A stretch of 64,000 nucleotides of DNA, from contig NIVC01000662.1 in assembly GCA_002269645.1 (NCBI GenBank), forward strand, positions 186,001-250,000, given 5' to 3'. Below are positions 23,130 to 36,359 of the stretch, one piece after another; position 1 is the stretch's first letter, and every line of letters begins with the position of its first letter. Position numbers and translations under genes: made by a program. Below the pieces are notes generated by a model. It was not told the origin of the DNA. It saw only the letters and a program-made list of their open reading frames with translations, and searched no databases. The stretch is from Macrostomum lignano (taxonomy: Eukaryota).

Positions 23130-24540
23130 CTGGGATAAATTAATGAAGTAGCTCGTATTATAATATGACGTATGATATTGTGAAAAGTTATTTGAAAATT
23201 TCATACTTAAATTTAGTAATGCCATAGACTACTAGAATAAAACCAATGCCATAGAATACAGACTCAAATCAATGCCATAGACTATAGAATCAAGTCAATG
23301 CCATAGAGTATAGAACCAAGTCAATGCCATAGACTATAGAATAAAATTAATTCCATAGACTACATAATCAAATCAATACCATAGACTATAGAATCAAGTC
23401 AATGTCATAGACTACAGAATAAACTTAATTCCATAGACTACAGAATCAAATCAATGCCATAGACTACAGAATCAAATCAATGCCATAGACTACAGAATCA
23501 AATCAATGCCATAGACTATAGAATCAAATCAATGCCATAGACTACAGAATCAAATCAATGCCATAGACTACAGAATCAAATCAATGCCATAGACTACAGA
23601 ATCAAATCAATGCCATAGACTACAGAATCAAATCAATGCCATAGACTATAGAATCAAATCAATGCCATAGACTACATAATCAAATCAATGCCATAGACTA
23701 CAGAATCAAATCAATGCCATAGACTACAGAATCAAATCAATGCCATAGACTATAGAATCAAATCAATGCCATAGACTACATAATCAAATCAATGCCATAG
23801 ACTACATAATCAAATCAATTCCATAGACTACAGAATCAAATCAATGCCATAGACTATAGAATCAAATCAATGCCATAGACTACATAATCAAATCAATGCA
23901 ATAGACTACATAATCAAATCAATTCCATAGACTACAGAATCAAATCAATGCCATAGACTACATAATCAAATCAATGCAATAGACTACATGATCAAATCAA
24001 TTCCATAGACTACAGAATCAAATCAATGCCATAGACTACATAATCAAATCAATGCCATAGACTATAGAATCAAATAAATGCCATAGACTACAGAATCAAA
24101 TCAATGCCATAGACTATAGAATCAAATCAATGCCATAGACTACAGAATAAAATTCCATAGACTACATAATCAAATCAATGCCATAGACTATAGAATCAAG
24201 TCAATATCATAGACTACAGAATAAACTTAATTCCATAGACTACAGAATCAAATCAATGCCATAGACTATAGAATCAAGTCAATATCATAGACTACAGAAT
24301 AAACTTAATTCCATAGACTACAGAATCAAATCAATGCCATAGACTACAGAATCAAATCAATGCCATAGACTACAGAATCAAATCAATGCCATAGACTACA
24401 GAATCAATTCAATGTCATAGACTACAGAATCAAATCAATGCCATAGACTACAGAATCAAATCAATGCCATAGACTACAGAATCAAATCAATGCCATAGAC
24501 TACAGAATCAAATCAATGCCATAGACTCAAACTGACTTAC
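23130..24540 (-). other. Predicted 5'-UTR intron of POU4 paralog B
   Basis: Perfect donor GAG|GTAAGT at 24541/24540 and acceptor tttatcccag at 23130, 42 nt before the ATG. An in-frame stop in those 42 nt shows they are UTR. Confidence 0.55.
23220..24527. repeat. 26-bp minisatellite
   Basis: Unit aatcaaatcaatgccatagactacag, about 50 copies. Confidence 0.97.
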
Positions 24541-25874
24541 CTCCTGCTGATTATCAATTCAGCTATAAACTGTTTTCGAATCGTGCGTTTTTAAATCCTA
24601 ATAAGGGAAGGCGTTAATTGGAAAATAGGTTCGTCAGCTCAACAGGTTAACAGAGCAGGTATCGGATGCCTGTCGTGACTTGTCTCTAAATTTACCAGGC
24701 CTAAATACTCAGAGGAATGCCCTGAAGCTAATCCTCTTCTGCTGGGAGAAAGACAGAAGAGACAGAGAAGGCAACAACAAAAAGCGGCTTTGATGATAGA
24801 GGCAGACTCAAGCCGGAGCTGAAACAGAAAAATGGAAGAAATAGAAAGACAGGTGAGTTTAGGTGAGAAGTGTGCGTGTGTGTGTGAGTGTGTGACGCTT
24901 TGGGCAAAAAGTGGAGTAGAACAAGAGGGGAACAACCGGAGTCACCTAGGGCAGAGTCACTCCCTTCTAAATATTAAGAGCAGTGTCTGGCACCTGTTGC
25001 TGAATGCATTTCTCCAAGCCCACCTAAGCCCCCACCCCTGACTTGGCCAGAGATGCCTTCAGATGGGCGGCTGCCTTCGTCCATCCAGCAGCTATAAGTC
25101 CCAGAAGCCACTCGAGAATTAGCCGCGGCGGGACACAGCGGTGGGTCCCTGGCGAGATGAGGAGAGAAATAATAATACGCGAGCTGCCTCGCATGCCACC
25201 GCACAGACGGCACCTTTTCCCACCGCTTGTGCTCAGCTGCACAGAGCACGGAGCAGCACAAAACGGCTTTAAGAGTTTTTCCCAGCCCCAGGGCGCAACA
25301 ACTCGCAGTGTCCCGCCCTTGTCTTTTGGCTCTTTTACTGTATGCTGCTGCTGCTGCTGCTGCTGCTGGCAGAGTCAATTGTGATGGAGAGTCCCCCCTC
25401 AAGAGCGGCTTGGCTCCTCAAACTCCCCACCATCGTCTCTTCTATTATCCCCACCCCCAACCACTCCGCTTAGGGGCCTCCGCCACCCCGCAGTTTCCAG
25501 ACTGCAGCAGCAGCAGCAGCAGCAGCAAAAGCCAACAGCGCGGGAGGCAGCAACACTTTATTGTGCGTCTTCCACAATTCTCTTAGTAAGCAGCGCTTTA
25601 TTTTACTGCGCGCCCCACTGCCCGGTGTAGAAATCCGTCCGCTGGCTTTTGAGTAGGGCTGGAGGCTGGAGAAGCCAGGCCGGGGCCCTCCTGCTGGCCC
25701 GCAGGGGTGAAGAGGCTGCTGCGCTGCGTGGCGCCAGCAGGTCTGGGAACTGGGCTGAGCATCTCCCTAGGTGAGGGAAGGAGCTGGGAGTTGCGCTGGA
25801 CTCAGTGCACCTGTGCTGTAGCTTGCTACACCTGTGGCTGATCCGTAGTGTGATAGAGTCCCGATCCTATTGCT

Positions 25875-26170
25875 GAAGCTGATTATTAATGTTTTGAAGG
25901 CCGATTATCAAATGTTTTGAAGGCTGATTATCAAATGTTTTGAAGGCTGATTACTACGAGCGTAATTGTTTTGGAGGCCGATTATCAAATGTTTTGAGGG
26001 CCGATTATCAAGTATTTTGAAGAACGATTATAAAATATTTAAAAAGTCCATCAATTGTTTAACAATTGTTTGAAGGCCGATTATCAAATGTTTTGAAGCC
26101 GATTATCAAATATTTTGTGGACCGATTATCACATGTTTTGAGGGCCGATTATCAAATGTTTTGAAGGCCA
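25875..26170. repeat. 23-bp degenerate minisatellite
   Basis: Unit gccgattatcaaatgttttgaag. Confidence 0.85.
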
Positions 26171-27129
26171 ATTTTCATTTTTTAAAAGTCATTTAACCGA
26201 CTGAATATCAAACGTTATAAAGGCCGATGATCTCTACATGCATAATAGGCATACCCCGCGTAGATACAGTAAAGGCATAGCTACAGATCCATTCCGGCTG
26301 TGTTTTATTACGCGCAGTCTAAAGAGTTCAAGAGTCATATTCAGTCATGAAATTCCGGGCCTAAAATCCATGTATATGCAGTCTGTATTCTATGTGGCAC
26401 AAGAGGAGCCCCGACAGATGCTGCTGTCTGTCCCCCACCATCATTCTTGCTCATTCTCTCTCTCTCATTTCTCTCATCGCGACAGCCGCTGTTTCACGGC
26501 GTTTGGAAGCTGGCAAAAATCTATAATATAGAGAGGAGAGAACCGAGGAGTCAGCGAGGAAGATCCATCTCCATTATGAAACTCCCATCCTCCCATCCGA
26601 GCCGCTGCTGCCGCTGCCAACACACCCGGACATCCCCCTGGGAGGCGTAAGCTGTTGCCTTGCCAGCAGCGACTTATTAAGTTAATAAATTAGCGCTCAG
26701 TCCCGGGAGGCCGCGCTCAGAACAGAAAGAGAGAGAGGCGGAGAAGGGATCAGAAAAGGCCGGGGTAGTCCCATCCTTGGCAACTCACGGTAGATGGAAA
26801 ATCTACATCAAGTCAATGATATACCCGTTCAATGCTTACTAATCTGCCTGTTGGAAACTAGGGGGGGGGTTAGGAACAGACAGCGGATTTCCGGTAGTGG
26901 ACCGGCAGGGAATCGATCAGCAGCATGTCACCACCTCAACCTCCCGGAGGGCGAATCCAAGCGGGAGAATTGAGGATGACACTGATTTCGGTACTGCTAA
27001 AAAACACTTTGAGAAGATGAAAAATACATTGCTGACACAACTTGGCTGAGAAACTTTGATCGGAACGGGAGCAATGAAGATTAGGGGAGTATTAGCGGAA
27101 ATATTGATATATTGATACAGACAGAAGCA

Positions 27130-27745
27130 CCGAGACAGGAATGAACAGGCCGGAATGAAGAGACAGGAATGAACAGGCCGGAATGAAGAGACAGGAATGA
27201 ACAGGCAGGAATGAAGAGACAGGAATGAACAGGCCGGAATGAAGAGACAGGAATGAACAGGCCGGAATGAAGAGACAGGAATGAACAGGCAGGAATGAAG
27301 AGACAGGAATGAACAGACAGGAATGACGAGACAGAAATAAACATGCAAGAATGAGCAGTCAGAAATAACCAGGCAGGAATGAAGAGACAGGAATGAACAG
27401 GCAGGAATGAAAAGACAGGAATGAACAGGCAGGAATGAACAGGCAGGAATGAACAGGCAGGAATGAACAGGCAGGAATGAGCAGGCAGGAATGAACAGGC
27501 AGGAATGAACAGGCAGGAATGAACAGGCAGGAATGAGCAGGCAGGAATGAACAGGCAGGAATGAACAGGCAGGAATGAACAGGCAGGAATGAGCAGGCAG
27601 GAATGAACAGGCAGGAATGAACAGGCAGGAATGAACAGGCAGGAATGAACAGGCAGGAATGAACAGGCACGAATGAACAGGCAGGAATGAACAGGCAGGA
27701 ATGAACAGGCAGGAATGAACAGGCAGGAATGAACAGGCACGAATG
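27130..27745. repeat. 14-bp minisatellite with a 28-bp dimeric variant
   Basis: Units gaatgaacaggcag and gaatgaagagacag. Confidence 0.93.
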
Positions 27746-28589
27746 AAGAGAGTCAGAGAGAGACTAGAGGCAGACAGAGAGAAACTAAAATAGAAGTTCA
27801 GCAACGAGAATTGCGCTCGAGTTAACGGACTCGCAGCACCTGAGTTATTTGCAGCACCTGACAGTTTTATTTGAGGCCCGCAATATGGTCTCTTCAACTC
27901 CCGTGGAACCAGTTAAAAGACCCCGAGTTTTGCATCAACCGCCTGAAGTCAATGAGGGATCAAAAAAATTTTTGCTCTAAAAAATGAAATTCAGAACAGA
28001 ACTCACCGCAGAGGTTCGGCCGGAGCCAGAGACGAGCAAGTTAAAGGCACATAGCAGAGAATTAAAGTTGAGTTTGCCTGCTCTACAACCCTCTCCCCAA
28101 CTTTAAAAAAAGAAGCAAACGTGCAGTCCTGGCTGGTAGGTAAAAAACCTGCAGCAAATTGATGATTGCAGGCGCTAAAAAGTCGCGGCTGCCGCCCCTA
28201 GGAGGGAACTGTTGCAGTCGGGATCGGGGGGGGGGCAGTGCAGGCATCGTTCATATGGGGGGTGGCAAACTGAGACCAGCATGATGTCTGCAGCAGCAGC
28301 CTAAAGGGATAATAATGAGGACACCATAATGAGGGCATTGTGAATATGGGAGGGCTTCAACTTGATAGAGCAGCAAGTCAGGAGAGGGCGCAGGCCTGCG
28401 ACCCTGAGACCGAAAAAATAAACTTGTGAAGTAGAATGCTTTATTCTCTGCTAGACAATCCCCCTCACAGAGTCTGTGTTCAGTGCTGAGACTGGTGGAG
28501 TCCGGCGTTGAGATGGAGTGGAATAAAACAAAATGAGAAACTTTAAAATGAGATGAAGTGAATCAAGTTGATAGAGAAACAGACAAAAA

Positions 28590-31165
28590 CTAAGATGGAG
28601 AGACACAAACTGAGGTTGAGAGACACAAACTGAGGTTGAGAAACACGAACTGAGGTGGAGAGACACAAACTGAGGTTGAGAGACACAAACTGAGGTTGAG
28701 AGACACAAATTGAGGTTGAGAGACACAAACTGAGGTTGAGAGACACAAACTGAGGTTGAGAGACACAAACTGAGGTTGAGAAACACGAACTGAGGTGGAG
28801 AGACACAAAATGAGGTTGAGAGACACAAATTGAGGTTGAGAGACACAAACTGAGGTTGAGAAACACGAACTGAGGTGGAGAGACACAAAATGAGGTTGAG
28901 AGACACAAACTGAGGTTGAGAGACACAAAATGAGGTTGAGAGACACAAACTGAGGTTGAGAAACACGAACTGAGGTGGAGAGACGCAAAATGAGGTTGAG
29001 AGACACAAATTGAGGTTGAGAGACACAAACTGAGGTTGAGAAACACGAACTGAGGTGGAGAGACACAAAATGAGGTTGAGAGACACAAACTGAGGTTGAG
29101 AGACACAAAATGAGGTTGAGAGACACAAACTTAGGTTGAGAGACACAAATTGAGGTTGAGAGACACAAACTGAGGTTGAGAAACACGAACTGAGGTGGAG
29201 AGACACAAAATGAGGTGGAGAGATACAAACTGAGGTTAAGAGACACAAACTGAGGTTGAGAGACACAAACTGAGGTGGAGAGACACAAACTGAGGTTGAG
29301 AGACACAAACTGAGGTTGAGAAACACGAACTGAGGTTGAGAGACACAAACTGAGGTTGAGAGACACAAACTGAGGTTGAGAGACACAAATTGAGGTTGAG
29401 AGACACAAACTGAGGTTGAGAGACACAAACTGAGGTTGAGAGACACAAACTGAGGTTGAGAAACACGAACTGAGGTGGAGAGACACAAAATGAGGTTGAG
29501 AGACACAAATTGAGGTTGAGAGACACAAACTGAGGTTGAGAAACACGAACTGAGGTGGAGAGACACAAAATGAGGTTGAGAGACACAAACTGAGGTTGAG
29601 AGACACAAAATGAGGTTGAGAGACACAAACTGAGGTTGAGAGACACAAACTGAGGTGGAGAGACACAAACTGAGGTTGAGAGACACAAATTGAGGTTGAG
29701 AAACACGAACTGAGGTGGAGAGACACAAAATGAGGTTGAGAGACACAAATTGAGGTTGAGAGACACAAACTGAGGTTGAGAGACACAAATTGAGGTTGAG
29801 AGACACAAACTGAGGTTGAGAGACACAAACTGAGGTTGAGAGACACAAACTGAGGTTGAGAAACACGAACTGAGGTGGAGAGACACAAAATGAGGTGGAG
29901 AGATACAAACTGAGGTTAAGAGACACAAACTGAGGTTGAGAGACACAAACTGAGGTGGAGAGACACAAACTGAGGTTGAGAGACACAAACTGAGGTTGAG
30001 AAACACGAACTGAGGTGGAGAGACACAAACTGAGGTTGAGAGACACAAACTGAGGTTGAGAGACACAAATTGAGGTTGAGAAACACGAACTGAGGTGGAG
30101 AGACACAAAATGAGGTTGAGAGACACAAATTGAGGTGGAGAGACACAAACTGAGGTTGAGAGACACAAATTGAGGTTGAGAGACACAAACTGAGGTTGAG
30201 AGACACAAACTGAGGTTGAGAGACACAAACTGAGGTTGAGAAACACGAACTGAGGTGGAGAGACACAAAATGAGGTTGAGAGACACAAATTGAGGTTGAG
30301 AGACACAAACTGAGGTTGAGAAACACGAACTGAGGTGGAGAGACACAAAATGAGGTTGAGAGACACAAACTGAGGTTGAGAGACACAAAATGAGGTTGAG
30401 AGACACAAACTGAGGTTGAGAGACACAAACTGAGGTGGAGAGACACAAACTGAGGTTGAGAGACACAAATTGAGGTTGAGAGACACAAACTGAGGTTGAG
30501 AAACACGAACTGAGGTGGAGAGACACAAAATGAGGTTGAGAGACACAAACTGAGGTTGAGAGACACAAACTGAGGTTGAGAGACACAAATTGAGGTTGAG
30601 AGACACAAACTGAGGTTGAGAGACACAAACTGAGGTTGAGAGACACAAACTGAGGTTGAGAAACACGAACTGAGGTGGAGAGACACAAAATGAGGTGGAG
30701 AGATACAAACTGAGGTTAAGAGACACAAACTGAGGTTGAGAGACACAAATTGAGGTGGAGAGACACAAACTGAGGTTGAGAGACACAAACTGAGGTTGAG
30801 AAACACGAACTGAGGTGGAGAGACACAAACTGAGGTTGAGAGACACAAACTGAGGTTGAGAGACACAAATTGAGGTTGAGAAACACGAACTGAGGTGGAG
30901 AGACACAAAATGAGGTTGAGAGACACAAATTGAGGTTGAGAGACACAAACTGAGGTGGAGAGACACAAACTGAGGTGGAGAGACACAAATTGAGGTTGAG
31001 GGCACAAACTGAGGCTGAGAGACACAAACTGAGGTGGAGAGACACAAATTGAGGTTGAGAGGCACAAACTGAGGTTGAGAGACACAAACTGAGGTGGAGA
31101 GACACAAATTGAGGTGGAGAGACACAAATTGAGGTTGAGAGACACGAACTGAGGTTGAGAGACAC
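28590..31165. repeat. 20-bp satellite, about 2.6 kb, with higher-order structure
   Basis: Unit tgaggttgagagacacaaac with variants aaacacgaac, tgaggtggag and ...aaaa/aaat. Confidence 0.97.
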
Positions 31166-31854
31166 ACAGATACACTGAGGTGCAGACCCGAGCATCGAGT
31201 GGGTGGCATATGAAAATCCAATAACTTGAAAGCCAATGGGTCAACTCCGCTCTGGAAGCGCACTGCTGCACCCAGGGCCTCGGGACTGGCAGAAGCAGAA
31301 GCTGGCGAGATGAAAAGATTCGGGAGCGAGAGCAGATGGACAGATGGCGGGCGAGGAGGTGCAGACAGTCCATTAACTTCTACATTTGACCACATACACC
31401 CGCGCGATCGAAAACCAAAGCGACTCCGGGGAACAAAATTTGTTGGGAGTGGATGGCGGAAGCTCGCGGATCTCCGAGCCTCCGAGTCCAGTTGTTGCTA
31501 GGGCATTCCCAAGCCGGGCCCATGCAAGAGGAGGAGATGAAAGGATAATGGAGATCTGCAGCTCCAGTCGAGCACAGTCGCACACGCGAGTTAAAAAGTC
31601 AAGAGAGCTGGAATAGCGACCATCCCAGAGGAGTGGGCGGGGTTGGGGTGGGGTGGAACTCTGAAAGCGATCCCTGGTAATTACATACAGCAAAGATTGA
31701 CGAACCACTCGGCTCGAGACTCTCCGCCTCGGTGACAACCTCAACAGAGACAGAGATCGATAGGCATGCTTGGAATTAGCGGTACGCGATAGCACTTGAC
31801 AGACTACTTAGCAGTAGGAATACAAAATCACCAGTCTAACTCCGGTGATAAACA

Positions 31855-32777
31855 CAAAGCTTCACAACCCATAAACATCATAAACACGAAGCTTCACAAC
31901 CCATAAACATCATAAACACGAAGCTTCACAAACCCTAAACATCATAAACACAAAGCTTCACAAACCCTAAACATCATAAACACAAAGCTTCACAAACCCT
32001 AAACATCATAAACACAAAGCTTCACAAACCCTAAACATCATAAACACAAAGCTTCACAAACCCTAAACATCATAAACACCAAGCTTCACAACCCCTAAAC
32101 ATCATAAACACAAAGCTGCACAAGCCCTAAACATCATAAACACGAAGCTGCACAAACCCTAAACATCATTAACACGAAGCTGCACAAACCCTAAACATCA
32201 TAAACACAGAGCTGCACAAACCCTAAACATCATAAACACAAAGCTTCACAAACCCTAAACATCATAAACACAAAGCTTCACAAACCCTAAACATCATAAA
32301 CACCAAGCTTCACAACCCCTAAACATCATAAACACAAAGCTGCACAAGCCCTAAACATCATAAACACGAAGCTGCACAAACCCTAAACATCATAAACACA
32401 GAGCTGCACAAGCCCTAAACATCATAAACACGAAGCTGCACAAACCCTAAACATCATAAACACAGAGCTGCACAAACCCTAAACATCATAAACACGAAGC
32501 TTCACAAACCCTAAACATCATAAACACAAAGCTGCACAAGCCCTAAACATCATAAACACGAAGCTGCACAAACCCTAAACATCATAAACACAGAGCTGCA
32601 CAAACCCTAAACATCATAAACACGAAGCTTCACAAACCCTAAACATCATAAACACGAAGCTTCACAAACCCTAAACATCATAAACACCAAGCTTCACAAC
32701 CCCTAAACATCATAAACACAAAGCTGCACAAGCCCTAAACATCATAAACACGAAGCTGCACAAACCCTAAACATCAT
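31855..32777. repeat. 32-bp minisatellite
   Basis: Unit cacaaaccctaaacatcataaacacaaagctt/gctg. Confidence 0.95.
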
Positions 32778-33387
32778 AGCTCGTAAACACAATAAACAAT
32801 AAGCTCACAAACTCTGAACATCATAAACACTAAGGCTCACAAACTGAACATCATGAACAAAGCTGTGAACGGTTTTTTCGGAATTTATACGCGTCAGTGC
32901 CTACTGAAAGTAACAATTCAGGAATAAAGAATCCAATTTTTACGAATAAAATCGCATGAAAATGATAAAAAATTGCGGGAATTACATTTCGTATTGCCCT
33001 ACTGACAGTAGAAGCACTGAGCGGCGGTGTATTTTTTTGCAATTAATAAAAATTCAGTTAGAAAAATGATTGAATGCAATTAGTTTGACTGCCAATTAAG
33101 ACAATAGAAAATAGCAGAGCAGGTAAAGTCAATGCCAATTCAGGCCTAGGGAACAAAGAGACTAAGAATATAAAAACAACAACCAAAAAATGCTAAGCTT
33201 TCTTACAGAATCGGAGCGCGTGAATAATAAGCTAGTATAAAAATAAATATTTCAGCTGACGACATGCAGATAATTTAAGCTACCAATATTAGTACTTGCA
33301 GTAGACAGGTTAGAAATGAATAATAGAAGTATCCACAGGTACTAACATATATTAGACCAGGTAATTATTATGATGATTTATAGCCAA

Positions 33388-33768
33388 TCAATCGCTAAGC
33401 TCGAACCGGGTCAGGCAGTCCATTAGCCAGTCTACAGATTTGTACAGTACGCCTTCGATTTCTGGCCGATTGGTAACCGGTCCAGCGGCTCCGCCTTTCT
33501 TCTTTGAGTTCTGCTGCTGCTGCTGCTGCTGCTTGGCGTCGAACAGGACGACAACAGCACAGGAGGCCAGCTGAGAGTCCTTAGCCGCGTGGTACGGCAC
33601 TGTGAACACGAAATCCTGCAGGAAGCCCGGCTTGGGCTCGCGGGCAATCAGCTGTGCGCCAGCCAGAGTGAGCAGGCGGCTCAGCTCCTGCCTAGACGGA
33701 TTGGCGCCCGGCCCGATGCTGGCGCTGTCCAGGTGGAAATGACAGCCATTGAGCAGCGGCGGCAGGCC
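33388..33768 (-). CDS. BARD1: BARD1, exon 6 (second BRCT), terminal
   Basis: GLPPLLNGCHF...LLTLAGAQLIAREPKP...TVPYHAAKDS...SVDWLMDCLTRFELSD* parallels the BARD1 C-terminus (LPKLFDGCYF, TVAYHARPDS, WFIDCVMSFEL). Phase-0 CAG acceptor. Confidence 0.9.
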   Translation of the reverse strand, partial: GLPPLLNGCHFHLDSASIGPGANPSRQELSRLLTLAGAQLIAREPKPGFLQDFVFTVPYHAAKDSQLASCAVVVLFDAKQQQQQQQNSKKKGGAAGPVTNRPEIEGVLYKSVDWLMDCLTRFELSD

Positions 33769-34686
33769 CTGTAGTAGTTGAAAAGCGAGTTATTCATTAA
33801 CCTCCCAGAGTCCTTTCAAGGTCGTTGCAGGCAACCCAGGTAAAATAGGTAAGAAGTGACTCTAAAGATGGACGGGAAACCTCCGTTTCTTGGAAAATTT
33901 AGGAGGCAGGCCCAATGTTCATTTTTTGATATGTTGTGCCTCTCTTATAACACTATTGATATTCATAAAGCTTCTCGTTCAGAAAGTTAGGATTCAATAT
34001 GTTCATTTTTATCCTACGTACATTCCCTGTACCTGAAAATCATAAAAAAGCATGGCACAGCTCGACTCTTTGGTTTTATGAATCTATGTTATCATCTCTG
34101 TTACACATATTGTTACACAGTCAGCTAACAATGACAAAATAGATTCATACAATTAATGAGTCGAGCTGTGCTATGTATTTTTATGATTTTCTACCGGTAT
34201 CGAAAGCAATAACAATTTTTGTGCTGAAAAAATGAAAACTTCCTGGCTCTGACTCTGACTTTGAAACGGCCCTGCCTTTCTTTGATACGCACAAGGACAG
34301 CCCCCATCCCCCACAATCATCAATGCAAAATACAAACGGATTCGAACCCGCGACCTCTGACGCGTTAACCGTCGAGAGCAAATCCGCCCCGTTGTGTGCA
34401 CCTTGGCGCACTTCAAGCGACATTGTCAACACAACAGGCGAGAGGCATTACTGGCAATTCCGCCGACTCCCCTAAGCAGGCACACACACAGGAGTGTACA
34501 GCGGCCCTAACTTTATTTATCGTTAGGCCCTCAATTAGGTTAATTGCACGAGCAGAGCCAAGCCGACATTCCAATTCAGCCTCAAATTAATGTGACTGCA
34601 CTTGGAATCGAGCCTGGGCCGCTGGCGCATCGATGGCAAACCCACAGAAAGTGCAGTGTACATAAAGGAGTCAAAAGCCAGCTCAC

Positions 34687-34923
34687 CTGCAGCCGGTTCA
34701 GCCTTGACCGCCTGGGCCCGCCCGTGTCCGGCAGGGTGCAGGTGCCGCCAACCTCGAACGGCTCCTCGGCAACCCGAGCCTTGGCGTTGGCGCACTGCTG
34801 CACCCATTCGAAGCTGACAATCCAACGGCCGAGGGCGGCGGCCTCAAGGAACTTCAGCGTGCGGGGGGCCGAGCCGCGCTCGTCAACTGACGTCACCAGG
34901 TGGGTGACATCCGGGCCCACGTT
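34687..34923 (-). CDS. BARD1: BARD1, exon 5 (first BRCT)
   Basis: NVGPDVTHLV...RTLKFLEAAALGRWIVSFEWVQQC...EEPFEV. Donor CAG|GTGAGC. An alternative in-frame acceptor lies at 34956. Confidence 0.88.
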
Positions 34924-35154
34924 CTGGCGGGGGCGGGGCGGGGGCCAGGGATTAGCCTGGATATGAACTGTGCCATCATAGATCATACCAGAGATTAGTG
35001 GGGCACCGAAATCCACCCCACTAATTAGAGTGCTTAGAGTGAGAGACACAGAAATCTCACCCATGAGAGTGGAGACTCAATTCTAGAGATTCTCAAGACC
35101 TATTTTTCAGTAATAAATGAGTTAAATAAAGTTATTCAACTAAAATTGTCGCAC

Positions 35155-35386
35155 CTGAACGCAGGTGCCGCCAATCATAGCAGCCAGCTGGGCAGTCAGC
35201 TTCCTATCCTTCAACGACAGTCCTGTGCTGACTAACTGGGGCGGCCGGGCAGCAGCTGAAGCAGCGGCCGCGGCAGCGGCGGATTCGACAGACGATGACG
35301 CAGTGGACTGAGTGGTCACAGGCAGGCCATCCCGCGGCTTCGTGTTATCGATGATCCGGCGCATGGCCTGGCCTCGGCACAGCTGC
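35155..35386 (-). CDS. BARD1: BARD1, exon 4 (linker and start of BRCT1)
   Basis: Phase-2 acceptor matching exon 3. QLCRGQAMRRII...PQLVSTGLSLKDRKLTAQLAAMIGGTCVQ|GT. Confidence 0.82.
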
Positions 35387-35439
35387 CTGTAAGGATTAAT
35401 TAGTATATGGATTAGGGTTTGGAAGAAAGTAGACAGATA

Positions 35440-35905
35440 TTACAGAGCCCACAAATCCCCTACAGATATATTACAATATACAAAAATCCCCTACAGATAT
35501 ATTACAATATACAAAAATCCCCTACGGATATATTACAATATACAAAAATCCCCTACAGATATATTACAATATACAAAAATCCCCTACAGATATATTACAA
35601 TATACACAAATCCCCTACAGATACTACAGAATTCCCAAACCACCCACAGATATTACAGAATTCACAAACCACCCACAAATATTACAGAACTCACAAATCA
35701 CCCACAGATATTACAGAATTCACAAACCACCCACAGATATTACAGAATTCACAAACCACTCACAGATATTACAGAATTCACAAACCACCCATAGATATTA
35801 CAGAATTCACAAACCACTCACAGATATTACAGAATTCACAAACCACCCATAGATATTACAGAATTCACAAACCACTCACAGATATTACAGAATTCACAAC
35901 CCCCC
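35440..35905. repeat. Two abutting minisatellites (31-bp then 29-bp) in BARD1 intron 3
   Basis: tacagatatattacaatatacaaaaatcccc followed by cacccacagatattacagaattcacaaac. Confidence 0.9.
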
Positions 35906-35934
35906 AGATATTAGACACAAAACTTAGAGTTTAC

Positions 35935-36227
35935 CTGGGCGCCCGACCCGCTAGATTAAGCTGATCCGGGTCGGCACCGAACTCCAGCAGCAGACGGGCC
36001 ACCTCCAGCTGGTCGGATTCCACGGCATCGTGCAGCGGAGTGTCGTTATCGCCTCCTGGCATGTTGGCATTGGCGCCGCTCTCCAGCAGCAGGCGGGCCA
36101 GGGCCACGTGACCGCGGGTCACGCATTCGTGCAGCGGAGTCCAGCCGGCATTGTCCTTGCTGTTGGGATCGGCGCCTTCAGTCAGCAGCTGGGTAGCCTT
36201 GGCAAGGTCGCCTCGGATGCAGGCCAG
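35935..36227 (-). CDS. BARD1: BARD1, exon 3 (ankyrin repeats)
   Basis: LACIRGD...GADPNSKDNAGWTPLHEC...GANANMPGGDNDTPLHDAV matches the BARD1 ankyrin repeats. Donor AG|GTAAAC. Confidence 0.93.
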
Positions 36228-36359
36228 CTGCGAGATGAGTAACCAATAATAATACAGGTATTAGTAAGGCCATAATAATACAGGAATCAGCGAGTAAGCC
36301 ATAATAATACAGGCATCAAAGTCACACAGGCGCCAATCACACTGAAATCAGCAGATTAA

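Noticed and set aside
23220-24527. CRISPR-like regular repeats (also 57745-59370 and 31855-32777)
   Set aside because: Units are head-to-tail with no unique spacers, no cas genes are present, and the context is a spliced eukaryotic genome.
26917-27897. 326-aa Cys/Phe-rich ORF
   Set aside because: Translation of the 14-bp minisatellite.
28451-31395. Several 400-750 aa minus-strand ORFs (CLSTSVCVSQPQFVSLNLS repeats)
   Set aside because: Translations of the 20-bp satellite. Equivalent ORFs appear in all three frames.
34337-34380. tRNA gene
   Set aside because: Only a T-arm/B-box-like segment is visible, with no acceptor stem or full cloverleaf. Treated as a SINE-head remnant.
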